Shown here: in pieces, positions 30,001 through 40,787 of the stretch | Layout: each line of letters opens with the position of its first letter | Position numbering within the stretch: position 1 is the first letter of the stretch | Assembly (NCBI GenBank): GCA_964016885.1 | Contig: OZ024740.1 | Coordinates: 34,968,001-35,032,000, forward strand | Length of the DNA: 64,000 nucleotides | Reading direction: 5' to 3' | Origin: Eledone cirrhosa | Taxonomy: Eukaryota | Made by a program: the position numbers and the translations under genes | The notes under the pieces: model-generated | The model's input: the letters and a program-made list of their open reading frames with translations, nothing else | What the model was told of the DNA's origin: nothing | The model's database searches: none

Positions 30001-32661
30001 TAACTAAACCAAGTTGTATTAGTATATATAACTAAACCAAGTTATATTAGTATATACAACTAAACCAAGTTATATTAGTATATACAAGTAAACCAACATG
30101 TATTAGTATATACAACTAAACCACCTTGTATTAGTATATACAACTAAACCAAGTTATATTAGTATATACAACGAAACCAAGTTCTATTAGTATATATAAC
30201 TAAACCAAGTTGTATTAGTATATATAAGTAAACCAAGTTATATTAGTATATACAACTAAACCATGTTGTATTAGTATATATAACTAAAGCAAGTTATATT
30301 AGTATATATAACTAAACCAAGTTGTATTAGTATATATAAGTAAACTAAGTTATAATAGTGTATATAACTAAACCCAGTTATGTAATTATATATAAGTAAA
30401 CCAATTTGTATTAGTATATATAACTAAACCAAATTATATTAGTATATATAACTAAACCAAGTTGTATTAGTATATATTACTAAACCAAGTTGTATTAGTA
30501 TCTACAACTAAACCAAGTTATATTAGTATATATAGCTAAACCAAGTTATATTAGTATATACAACTAAACCAAGTTGTATTAGTATATACAACTAAACCAA
30601 GTTGTATTAGTATATACAACTTAATGAAGTTGTATTACTATATACAACTAAACCAAGTTATATTAGTATATATAGCTAAACCAAGTTATATTAGTATATA
30701 CAACTAAACCAACATGTATTAGTATATACAACTAAACCAAGTTGTATTAGTATATATAACTAAACCAAGTTGTATTAGTATATATAACTAAACCAAGTTG
30801 TATTAGTATATATAACTAAACCAAGTTATATTAGTATATACAACTAAACCAAGTTGTGTTAGTATATACAACTAAACCAAGTTGTATTAGTATATACAAC
30901 TAAACCAAGTTATATTAGTATACATAACTAAACCAAGTTGTATTAGTATATATAACTAATCCAAGCTGAATTATTATATATAACTAAACCAAGCTGTATT
31001 AGTATATATAACTAAACCAAGTTGCATTAGTATACATAACTAAACCAAGTTATATTAGTATATATTACTAAACTAAGTTGTATTAGTATATATTACTAAA
31101 CCAAGTTATATTAGTATATATAGCTAAACCAAGTTATATTAGTATATACAACTAAACCAAGTTGTATTAGTATATGTAACTAAACCAAGTTGTATTAGTA
31201 TATATAACTAAACCAAGTTATATTAGTATATACAACTAAACCAAGTTATATTAGTATATAGAAGTAAACCAACATGTATTAGTATATACAACTAAACCAC
31301 GTTGTATTAGTATATACAACTAAACCAAGTTATATTAGTATATACAACTAAACCAAGTTGTATTAGTATATATAACTAAACCAAGTTGTATTAGTATATA
31401 TAAGTAAACCAAGTTATATTAGTATATACAACTAAACCATGTTGTATTAGTATATATAACTAAAGCAAGTTATATTAGTATATATAACTAAACCAAGTTG
31501 TATTAGTATATATAAGTAAACCAAGTTATAATAGTGTATATAACTAAACCCAGTTATATTAGTATATATTAGTAAACCAATTTGTATTAGTATATATAAC
31601 TAAACCAAATTATATTAGTATATATAACTAAACCAAGTTGTATTAGTATATATTACTAAACCAAGTTGTATTAGTATCTACAACTAAACCAAGTTATATT
31701 AGTATATATAGCTAAACCAAGTTATATTAGTATATACAACTAAACCAAGTTGTATTAGTATATACAACTAAACCAAGTTGTATTAGTATATACAACTTAA
31801 TGAAGTTGTATTACTATATACAACTAAACCAAGTTATATTAGTATATATAGCTAAACCAAGTTATATTAGTATATACAACTAAAACAACATGTATTAGTA
31901 TATACAACTAAACCAAGTTGTATTAGTATATTGAAATAAACGAAGTTGTATTAGTATATACAACTAAACCAAGTTATATTAGTGTATATAACTAAACCCT
32001 GTTGCATTAGTTTATATAAGTAAACCAATTTGTATTAGTATATATAACTAAACCAAATTATATTAGTATATATAACTAAACCAAGTTGTATTAGCATATA
32101 TTACTAAACCAAGTTGTATTAGTATATATTACTAAACCAAGTTGTATTACCATATATAACTAAACCAAATTATATTAGTATATACAACTAAACCAATTTG
32201 TATTTGCATATATAACTAAACCAAGTCATATTAGTATATACAACTAAACCAAGTTGTATTAGTATATATAACTAAACCAAGTTGTATTAGTATATATAAC
32301 TAAACCAAGTTATATTAGTATATACAACTAAACCAAGTTGTATTAGTATATACAACTAAACGAAGTTGTATTAGTATATACAACTAAACCAAGTTATATT
32401 AGTATATATAAATAAACCAAGTTGTATTAGTATATATAAATAAACCAAGTTATATTAGTATACATAACTAAACCATGTTGTATTAGTATATATAGCTAAA
32501 CCAAGTTATATTAGTATATACAACTAAACCAACATGTATTAGTATATACAACTCAACCAAGTTGTATTAGTATATTGAACTAAACGATGTTGTATTAGTA
32601 TATACAACTAAACCAAGTTATATTAGTATATATAACTAAACCAAGTTGTATTAGTATATAT
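1..32661. repeat. 28-bp satellite array A (consensus AACTAAACCAAGTT[G/A]TATTAGTATATA[T/C]), roughly 1,160 monomers, with higher-order repeats
   Basis: Head-to-tail 28-mers from the window start to ~32661. Diagnostic variants recur at fixed offsets of 2099, 6774 and 2772 bp. Confidence 0.98.
24013..24159 (+). mobile_element. 5'-truncated tRNA-derived SINE inserted in satellite A with 11-bp TSD
   Basis: Pol III B-box GAGTTCAAATCC and core GACTTTGCCTTTCATCCTTACGGGGTCGATAAAATAAAGTACCAG, shared with copies at 42.4, 43.0 and 45.2 kb. AGTTATATTAG is duplicated at 24002-24012 and 24160-24170. Confidence 0.9.
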
Positions 32662-33533
32662 TGTATAGTTGTATTCAGACCTGGAGAGAAGTTTGGCTCT
32701 CCCAACTAAAAAATGCACTCATAAGGGAGTTAACATGGCGACAAGGAAGGTCGCTTGACCACGTCTTGACCGAACAAAATATAATATTTTCACCAAAAAC
32801 TGCCCTTTAAACACATGTCAGATGGATTACAATATTCATTATCACAATTACTTTCACTGTTCCCTGACAACTAGTACCAGTTTCAAGATAGAATTATTTT
32901 AACGAAGTATATATAATTTGACTTGATTTTCGCCAACAAACCACGTGTGGACATGGACGGGGAAAAAAGGAAAAAAAAACAAAACAAATCACTACGTCCC
33001 TTAAGGATCGCAGTAAGTACTCCACAAAACATATAAACAACAATATACACACAGATTTATATACAGATATATACCATATGCATATACACACACGTGAAAA
33101 GAAACCACACTATTTCGTGTGAGACACTATACCGGCCAATTTTACCAATTTACCTTGGTAAAATATTTCTTAACATTGACCTCGCTTCTAACCCACATAC
33201 ACCTTTTAATTATATATATATACTAGCAGCTGAAAGTTAATAATTTGGAAAAAAAAATATTATTGAAAGTTTACTATAAAGAAGCAGTATCAGGGGAAAA
33301 AAACCCCCCAAAAAACCTTATTTCGCTGTTAATAAACAACTGCCTTCTACAGTACGTTTCATTTAACTTACGCAGCATATTTATTTGTTTACATGTAATG
33401 TAATTCAGACTCTTCTGTACACACACAACATTTAGGAAAACGGAAACAAAATACACAAAAAAACAGACATTTTATTTCTATCGTAATCAAGTGCGCTAAA
33501 CCTATATTGTTTACATTCTGTGTTTTTCTACGG

Positions 33534-34838
33534 ATGGGTAGAAATAACAAAATTGCCATGGTGATATCCATCGATGAAATATGCGACAAAACCGGCCGAT
33601 GTCCCAAGATAGAGCATTGCCCAGAAAATCACATCTGCCATATCTGTGCGGAACCCGAAAACTCGTTCCGTAATCGCTGGGTCGAATGTGGAACCTGTCG
33701 CATCTCTGTCTGCCTTCAATGCGCCACAGGCTTCCGGAGGATCCCAGGCCCAAAAAAGAGACATCATAATGCTATGATGGATGGAATATGGGAGATGGTC
33801 CAGCTAAAATCCTTGTCCTTTCAGTGTCTGGCCTGTGTGCCTGCCTCCACGAACGTTATTAATGTTATTGAAAAACAACAACAACAACAAAAACCAATGA
33901 CTGTGTCTTCCTCTACCATTGTTACTGAACAACGGCAAAAACCTATGACACTGGCTTCTACTGTTATTCCTGTGGGAGAACATCAGAAACAACAACAACC
34001 CATGTCTTCCACTCCCAGTACATCTCGACACCAACAACTGGTGACTGTGTCTTCCCCTACCATTCCCGTGGAAGAACATCATCATCACCAACAACAACAA
34101 CAGCAACAACCTGCGACTGTGTCCTCCCCTGCCATTCCCGTGGAGGAACATCATCATCACCAACAACGACAGCAGCAGCAGCAGCAACAACAAAAACAAC
34201 AACAACCGACCAGTACAGATTTTGCGGAACTGCAACTAATGATTTCTGCTCTGAGAAGGGAAGTTGCAGGAATAGAGGCAAGCATTCGGGTAGGACCCCA
34301 CAATGAGGGGTCTTATCGGAATGCCTTGCTAAAGAATCTCCTTGTACCTCTTGCTGGAAAGACTGAAAAGACTGCGGAATCTGCTACCCATGAAGTGATT
34401 GCCATTGGGGTACCAGAGGACAAGGCTGATCTTCAGGCATTTGCTGCCAGCTCAGCCAAAGACCTAGGCTGTGTTCCCCCAAAGGGTGCCCTCCGCCTTG
34501 GTCGACCTGGTCCAAAACCTAGACTCATCAGGCTGTCTTTCTCGGACCCCGCAGAGGCAACCTCATATCATCTGGCCTCTGCTAAAGCTGGGCGTGAACA
34601 TCGGATTACCTTCCGAACACGCCCAGGCCTACCACCCCATGTACGTCCAAAACTACGTGCTGCAGCTTCCTTGAATCGGAACTCAGCACAAGATGAAAGT
34701 TTCAGTCTGCGTGATGATGGGCAGATCTGGAGGTTTGTCAAGGCTGGTGAAACGTGGAAGAGAGATACCAGCTGGTCTGAGTGTGATCTACCCGCAATAA
34801 CTGGCAATGTAAAAACTGCTACAACTCTGGGAAACTAA
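33534..34838 (+). CDS. LINE ORF1: PHD-like Cys finger, Q/H-rich repeats, coiled coil, RRM-like domain
   Basis: CHIC...VECGTCRISVCLQC...FQCLAC finger; helical ELQLMISALRREVAGIEASI; VIAIGVPE...RLGRPGPKPRLIRLSF typical of CR1/L1-type ORF1. First ATG is 33534 (alternative GCCATGG at 33558); the track starts at TTG 33507. Confidence 0.85.
   Translation: MGRNNKIAMVISIDEICDKTGRCPKIEHCPENHICHICAEPENSFRNRWVECGTCRISVCLQCATGFRRIPGPKKRHHNAMMDGIWEMVQLKSLSFQCLACVPASTNVINVIEKQQQQQKPMTVSSSTIVTEQRQKPMTLASTVIPVGEHQKQQQPMSSTPSTSRHQQLVTVSSPTIPVEEHHHHQQQQQQQPATVSSPAIPVEEHHHHQQRQQQQQQQQKQQQPTSTDFAELQLMISALRREVAGIEASIRVGPHNEGSYRNALLKNLLVPLAGKTEKTAESATHEVIAIGVPEDKADLQAFAASSAKDLGCVPPKGALRLGRPGPKPRLIRLSFSDPAEATSYHLASAKAGREHRITFRTRPGLPPHVRPKLRAAASLNRNSAQDESFSLRDDGQIWRFVKAGETWKRDTSWSECDLPAITGNVKTATTLGN
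34829..34835 (+). promoter_or_regulatory. Candidate -1 ribosomal frameshift slippery site G_GGA_AAC
   Basis: ORF1 ends CTG GGA AAC TAA. The -1 frame GGG AAA CTA AAC... runs without a stop into ORF2. Confidence 0.6.
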
Positions 34839-34894
34839 ACCAGAACAACCTGCCACCCTCTACACACCATCATAAACTGCGAGCAGGGTACAAA

Positions 34895-37660
34895 TTGTTG
34901 TCATTAAATGCTCGCAGTTTATGCAACAAGATACATCTGTTCGAATCCTACGTCAGAAGCATCGACCCTGACTTCATCACAGTCACGGAAACATGGGCAC
35001 ATTCCTTACTCTGTGATGGGGTTTTCACCATTACTAGGTACAACCTTTTCCGCAAGGACCGCATTAACCGCCGTGGTGGTGGTGTGATGGTCTACGTTCG
35101 TTCAAACTTTTCGGTAATTCCTTGCGTTGATTTGAACGAATCACAGGAAGAAGTTTTTTTCTGTGACATACGTATGACCATGTCAACACTTCTGCTTGGT
35201 GTTGTTTATCGCCCCCCAAACTACCACCAGGACACACAGCTTTGCGATATCCTCAGAGTTGCTGCCAAGAAAACAGCCACTTATGTGTTTATTGCAGGTG
35301 ACTTCAATCATCCTGAGATCGATTGGGAAACCTTTCGTTGGCCACAGGGTGCAAACGATTTCCTTGAACTAGTGCTGGACTCAAACTGGTCACAAGTAGT
35401 CACCTCTCCAACAAGAGGTGACAACACTTTGGACCTGATCTTCACCACTACTCCTGAAGTGGTTATCAGTTGTACTACTGAGGAACCTCTAGGCGACTCT
35501 GATCATGCTATGATCATTGCCAATCTGGCACTTGAGGGCAGCAACAAAAACCAGGGCCATCTCCAATCTGCTTGCTTTGATTGGAAGAGGGCGGATTGGA
35601 AATTGTACTGCACTGAGCTACAGCGCCCAAACTGGCATGAGATGTATAACTCTGGAGATGGGAACTCTATACTCCAGAGCATCCTGGACTCAATATGGAT
35701 AGCGTGTGCAGCATCAGTGCCACGGAAGCGGAAAAATAACCACCCCAAAAGTGCAATCTGGGAAACTTCAGCGGTCCGACTTGCCAGGAAAGAACGTCGG
35801 AACGCTGAACGGGAATATAAACTGCATAGATCAGATGCCAACAGAAAAAAGCGGAATAAATCTTCTAACCATCTCAAGCAAGTGACAAAGAAGGCAGTGC
35901 TTGAATTTGAACAGTGCATCGCAACCAATCCTGACAGTAAGGTGTTCTGGAAATATGTTCATTCAAAGCAGAGACCTCACTCTCCAGTTGGTCCTCTTCG
36001 CAATCCCCACACAAGCCAGATCACTGACGATCCCAAGGAATGCGCAGAACTCATTGCTGAGTGCTATGCAAGTATTTTTACTGTTGAAGACCAGAATGTA
36101 CCATCTCCACCATCTCTAACATCAAATTCCATAACAACTATGGAATTTACACCTGCAATGTTGCGACGTCACCTTAAGAATAAGCGCAACTATGCCTCTC
36201 CTGGTCTTGATGGTGTGACATACCTGCTTCTCAAACGTGGCGGGGATTTCCTTTTGCGCCAGCTTTCTTTTTTCTTTCAATACTGTCTCAGCAATGGTGC
36301 TACTCCGGAGCAGTGGAAAACTGCCAGTGTCATTCCCCTGTTCAAAAAGGGCAACCGCATGTCACCTGTCAACTATCGTCCAGTCAGTCTTACTAGCTGT
36401 ATGGCCAAACTGATGGAATCCTGTGTCAGAGAAACACTTTGGAACTTCTGGAGCTCTCACAGCCTCATCCGGCCCTCACAGTTTGGATTTATCCCTAACT
36501 CCAGCTGCTGTGATCAGCTTATCGAGTTTCTTGAGGACATCACCCGGATCACTGACAGCGGCTCATGGGTGAATGTTGTTTACCTTGACTTTGCTAAGGC
36601 TTTTAATTCTGTGCCACACAAAAGACTTATGGCAAAACTCTCTGCAATGGGTGTGAGGGATGATCTTTTCGACTGGCTGAAATCCTTCATTCTCAGCCGA
36701 AAGGAAGTAGTCACGGTTCTAGGACAGCATTCTTCACCATATGAGATGTCATCTGGTGTACCACAGGGATCTGTTCTTGGTCCTCTTTTGTTTGTGGCAT
36801 ATATTAAAGACATAGATGCCAACTTACAGAAGGCCACGGTACTAAAATATGCAGACGACATCAAGCTGTACCTTGAAATCAAAAGGACTGATCCTGAAAT
36901 TTACAACTCTTTCCTACAATCAGACCTGGACACAATGCAGCAATGGATTACAGACTGGCAACTGAAGCTGGCTGTGGACAAGTGTACCACCATGCATTTT
37001 GGAAGGAAAAATCCAGCGTCCACATACTCCCTCCACAACACTGACATCAAAAAGTCCTCTTGTGAACGTGACCTGGGCATTACTGTCAGTAACGATTTGC
37101 GTTGGACAAAGCATGTCTCTAAGATTGTCAAGAAGGCCGAGGGTGTCTTGGCATCACTCAGCAAGACCTTTGTTAGCCGCTCTCCAGCCATCTATTTAAA
37201 ACTGTATACAGCTATGGTGCGACCACACTTGGAATTCGCATCATCAGTCTGGAACCCCTATCTTGCTCGGAACATTGACCTCCTGGAAACTGTTCAGAGA
37301 CGTGCAACCAAGCGCATACCCTCCATCAGACACCTACCATACTCTGAACGCCTTGCTTCCCTGGGCATGGATTCATTGAAGCTCCGACGTCTGGCAATGG
37401 ACTTGGTGAATACCCACAAAGTTTTTAACCATCTCGCCAACTGCAACCCTGAGCGCCTCTTTGATCTCCATGTGTCTAACACACGTGGACATGCCTACAA
37501 GATAAGAAAACAGCACAGCTCCCATGACTTTCGCAGACATTTTTTCACGCTCAGAGTTGCTGAAGCATGGAACAAACTGCCTGCGTCAATTGTTAGCTGC
37601 CGAGACACTGCATCCTTTAAGACACTCATGCTTCCCAAAATACGCCAAAACTACACCTGA
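34895..37660 (+). CDS. LINE ORF2: APE endonuclease plus reverse transcriptase (CR1 clade)
   Basis: APE motifs LNARS, VTETW, GDFN, LDL, SDH; RT motifs NYRPVSLTS, QFGF, YLDFAKAF, GVPQGSVLGP, YADD; CR1-type C-terminus RPHLEF..VWNP, TRGH, RV..WNKLP. The frame is open from 34787 and has no ATG until 35087. Confidence 0.96.
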   Translation: MLSLNARSLCNKIHLFESYVRSIDPDFITVTETWAHSLLCDGVFTITRYNLFRKDRINRRGGGVMVYVRSNFSVIPCVDLNESQEEVFFCDIRMTMSTLLLGVVYRPPNYHQDTQLCDILRVAAKKTATYVFIAGDFNHPEIDWETFRWPQGANDFLELVLDSNWSQVVTSPTRGDNTLDLIFTTTPEVVISCTTEEPLGDSDHAMIIANLALEGSNKNQGHLQSACFDWKRADWKLYCTELQRPNWHEMYNSGDGNSILQSILDSIWIACAASVPRKRKNNHPKSAIWETSAVRLARKERRNAEREYKLHRSDANRKKRNKSSNHLKQVTKKAVLEFEQCIATNPDSKVFWKYVHSKQRPHSPVGPLRNPHTSQITDDPKECAELIAECYASIFTVEDQNVPSPPSLTSNSITTMEFTPAMLRRHLKNKRNYASPGLDGVTYLLLKRGGDFLLRQLSFFFQYCLSNGATPEQWKTASVIPLFKKGNRMSPVNYRPVSLTSCMAKLMESCVRETLWNFWSSHSLIRPSQFGFIPNSSCCDQLIEFLEDITRITDSGSWVNVVYLDFAKAFNSVPHKRLMAKLSAMGVRDDLFDWLKSFILSRKEVVTVLGQHSSPYEMSSGVPQGSVLGPLLFVAYIKDIDANLQKATVLKYADDIKLYLEIKRTDPEIYNSFLQSDLDTMQQWITDWQLKLAVDKCTTMHFGRKNPASTYSLHNTDIKKSSCERDLGITVSNDLRWTKHVSKIVKKAEGVLASLSKTFVSRSPAIYLKLYTAMVRPHLEFASSVWNPYLARNIDLLETVQRRATKRIPSIRHLPYSERLASLGMDSLKLRRLAMDLVNTHKVFNHLANCNPERLFDLHVSNTRGHAYKIRKQHSSHDFRRHFFTLRVAEAWNKLPASIVSCRDTASFKTLMLPKIRQNYT

Positions 37661-37946
37661 TGTACCCCTTCCATACACATGCACACATGTGTGTATCATG
37701 ACTCGTGCACTGTTCATTTTACTGATGTTTGTGCATTGCCCTATGTACTGTACATGCACTTTTTTGATGAGTTGTGGTGCACCTGGGCACTGTGCACAAT
37801 ATTTCGTTATTGTTATTATATCATGACTCATACACTGTTTATTTTCCTGACATTTGTACATTATTCTATGTACTATACATGCACCTTTGATGAGTTGTAG
37901 TGCACCTGAGCACTGTACACAATAATTTCATTATATTATATTATAT

Positions 37947-38351
37947 AACTAAACCAAGTTGTATTAGTATATACAAGTAAACCAAGTTGTATTAGTATAT
38001 ACAACTAAACCAAGTTGTATTAGTATATACAAGTAAACCAAGTTGTATTAGTATACATAACTAAACCAAGTTATATTAGTATATACAACTAAACCAAGTT
38101 GTATTAGTATATACAACCAAACGAAGTTGTATTAGTATATACAACTAAACCAAGTTATGTTAGTATATATAACTAAACCAAGTTGTATTTGTATATATAA
38201 ATAAACCAAGTTGAATTATTTTATATAACTAAACCAAGCTGTATTAGTATACATAACTAAACCAAGTTATATTAGTATATATTACTAAACTAAGTTGTAT
38301 TAGTATATATTACTAAACCAAGTTGTATTAGTATATATAAGTAAACCAAGT
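37947..38351. repeat. 28-bp satellite A, short block between the two LINE copies
   Basis: Same 28-mer consensus. Confidence 0.95.
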
Positions 38352-38638
38352 CCCCTTCCATACACATGCACACATGTGTGTATCATGACTCGTGCACTGT
38401 TCATTTTACTGATGTTTGTGCATTGCCCTATGTACTGTACATGCACTTTTTTGATGAGTTGTGGTGCACCTGGGCACTGTACACAATATTTCATTATTGC
38501 TATTGTTATTATATCATCACTCATACACTGTTTATTTTCCAGACATTTGTACATTATTCTATGTACTATACATGCACCTTTGATGAATTGTAGTGCACCT
38601 GAGCACTGTACACAATAATTTCATTATTATTATTATTA
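38352..38638 (+). mobile_element. 5'-truncated copy of the CR1 element (3'UTR only) with (ATT)n tail
   Basis: Near-identical to 37665-37940 with a few substitutions and a 6-bp indel. It interrupts a satellite monomer at CCAAGT^TATATTAG. Confidence 0.93.
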
Positions 38639-40787
38639 TATTAGTATATACAACTAAACCAAGTTGTATTAGTATATATAACTAAACCAAGTTGTATTAG
38701 TATATATAACTAAACCAAGTTATATTAGTATATATAACTAAACCAAGTTGTATTAGTATATATAAGTAAACCAAGTTATATTAGTGTATATAACTAAACC
38801 AAACTATATTAGTATATACAACTAAACCAATTTGTATTAGCATATATAACTAAACCAAGTTATATTAGTATATACAGCTAAACCAAGTTGTATTAGTATA
38901 TATTACTAAACCAAGTTGTATTAGTATCTACTACTAAACCAAGTTATATTAGTATATATAGCTAAACCAAGTTATATTAGTATATACAACTAAACCAACA
39001 TGTATTAGTATATACAACTAAACCAAGTTGTATTAGTATACTGAACTAAACGAAGTTGTATTAGTATATACAACTAAACCAAGTTATATTAGTGTATATA
39101 ACTAAACCCAGTTGTATTAGTATATACAAGTAAACAAATTTATATTAGTATATATAACTAAACCAAATTATATTAGTATATATAACTAAACGAAGTTGTA
39201 TTAGTATATATTACTAAACCAAGTTGTATTAGTATATATTACTAAACCAAGTTGTATTACCATATATAACTAAACCAAATTATATTAGTATATACAACTA
39301 AACAAATTTCTATTAGCATATATAACTAAACCAAGTCATATTAGTATATACAACTAAACCAAGTTGTATTAGTGTATATAACTAAACCAAGTTGTATTAG
39401 TATATATAACTAAACCAAGTTGTATTAGTATATATAACTAAACCAAGTTGTATTAGTATATATAACTAAACCAAGTTATATTAATATATACAACTAAACC
39501 AAGTTGTATTAGTATATACAACTAAACCAAGTTGTATTAGTATATATTACTAAACCAAGTTGTATTAGTATCTACAACTAAACCAACTTATATTAGTATA
39601 TATAGCTAAACCAAGTTATATTAGTATATACATCTAAACCAACATGTATTAGTATATACAACTAAACCAAGTTGTATTAGTATATACAACTAAACCAAGT
39701 TATTTTAGTATATACATCTAAACCAAGTTGTATTAGTATATACAACTAAACGAAGTTGTATTAGTATATACAACTAAACCAAGTTATATTAGTATACATA
39801 ACTAAACCTAGTTGTATTAGTATATATAACTAAACCAAGTTGAATTATTATATATAACTAAACCAAGCTGTATTAGTATATATAACTAAACCAAGTTGCA
39901 TTAGTATACATAACTAAACCAAGTTATATTAGTATATATTACTAAACTAAGTTGTATTAGTATATATTACTAAACCAAGTTGTATTAGTATATATAAGTA
40001 AACCAAGTTATATTAGTATATACAACTAAACCAAGTTGTATTAGTATATATAACTAACCAAGTTGTATTAGTATATATAAGTAAACCAAGTTGTATTAGT
40101 ATATATAACTAACCAAGTTGTATTAGTATATATAAGTAAACCAAGTTATATTAGTGTATATAACTAAACCCATTTATATTAGTATATATAAGTAAACCAA
40201 TTTGTATTAGTATATATAACTAAACCAAATTATATTAGTATATATAACTAAACCAAGTTGTATTAGTATATATTTCTAAACCCAGTTGTATTAGTATATA
40301 CAACTAAACCAATTTATATTAGTATATATAGCTAAACCAAGTAATATTAGTATATAGAACTAAACCAAGTTGTATTAGTATATACAACTAAACCAAGTTG
40401 TATTAGTATATACAACTTAACGAAGTTGTATCAGTATATACAACTAAACCAAGTTGTATTAGTATATACAACTAAACCAAGTTGTATTAGTATATACAAC
40501 TTAACGAAGTTGTATCAGTATATACAACTAAACCAAGTTGTATTAGTATATACAACTAAACCAAGTTGTATTAGTATATACAACTTAACGAAGTTGTATC
40601 AGTATATACAACTAAACCAAGTTATATTAGTATATATAACTAAACCAAGTTGTATTAGTATATACAACTAAACCAAGTTGTATTAGTATATAAAATTAAA
40701 CCAAGTTGTATTAGTATATATAACTAAACCAATTTGTATTAGTATATATAACTAAACCAAGTTTTATTAGTATACATAACTAAACCA
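38639..40787. repeat. 28-bp satellite A, terminal and more diverged block
   Basis: Same 28-mer with several private variants and a local 84-bp (3-mer) repeat near 40380-40620. Confidence 0.95.

Larger units (their letters stand above)
32662..37946 (+). mobile_element. Apparently full-length CR1-type non-LTR retrotransposon (putative ~870-bp 5'UTR, ORF1, ORF2, 3'UTR with ATT-type tail)
   Basis: Two long open ORFs. Satellite register is continuous across the block (TAGTATATAT | AACTAAACC, possible TATAT TSD). The 5' boundary is inferred from that register only. Confidence 0.88.

Noticed and set aside
34810-34817. A-run (GTA AAA ACT) as an alternative slip site
   Set aside because: In the ORF1 frame it reads A_AAA_ACT, which is not X_XXY_YYZ.
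33274-37900. Short overlapping or antisense ORFs in the LINE
   Set aside because: Alternative frames of ORF1, ORF2 and the UTRs with no recognisable motifs.
40426-40671. 81-aa ORF in satellite A
   Set aside because: Arises from a local 84-bp repeat that happens to lack stops.
1-40787. CRISPR-like 28-bp repeats
   Set aside because: Monomers are contiguous without unique spacers, there are no cas genes and the context is eukaryotic.
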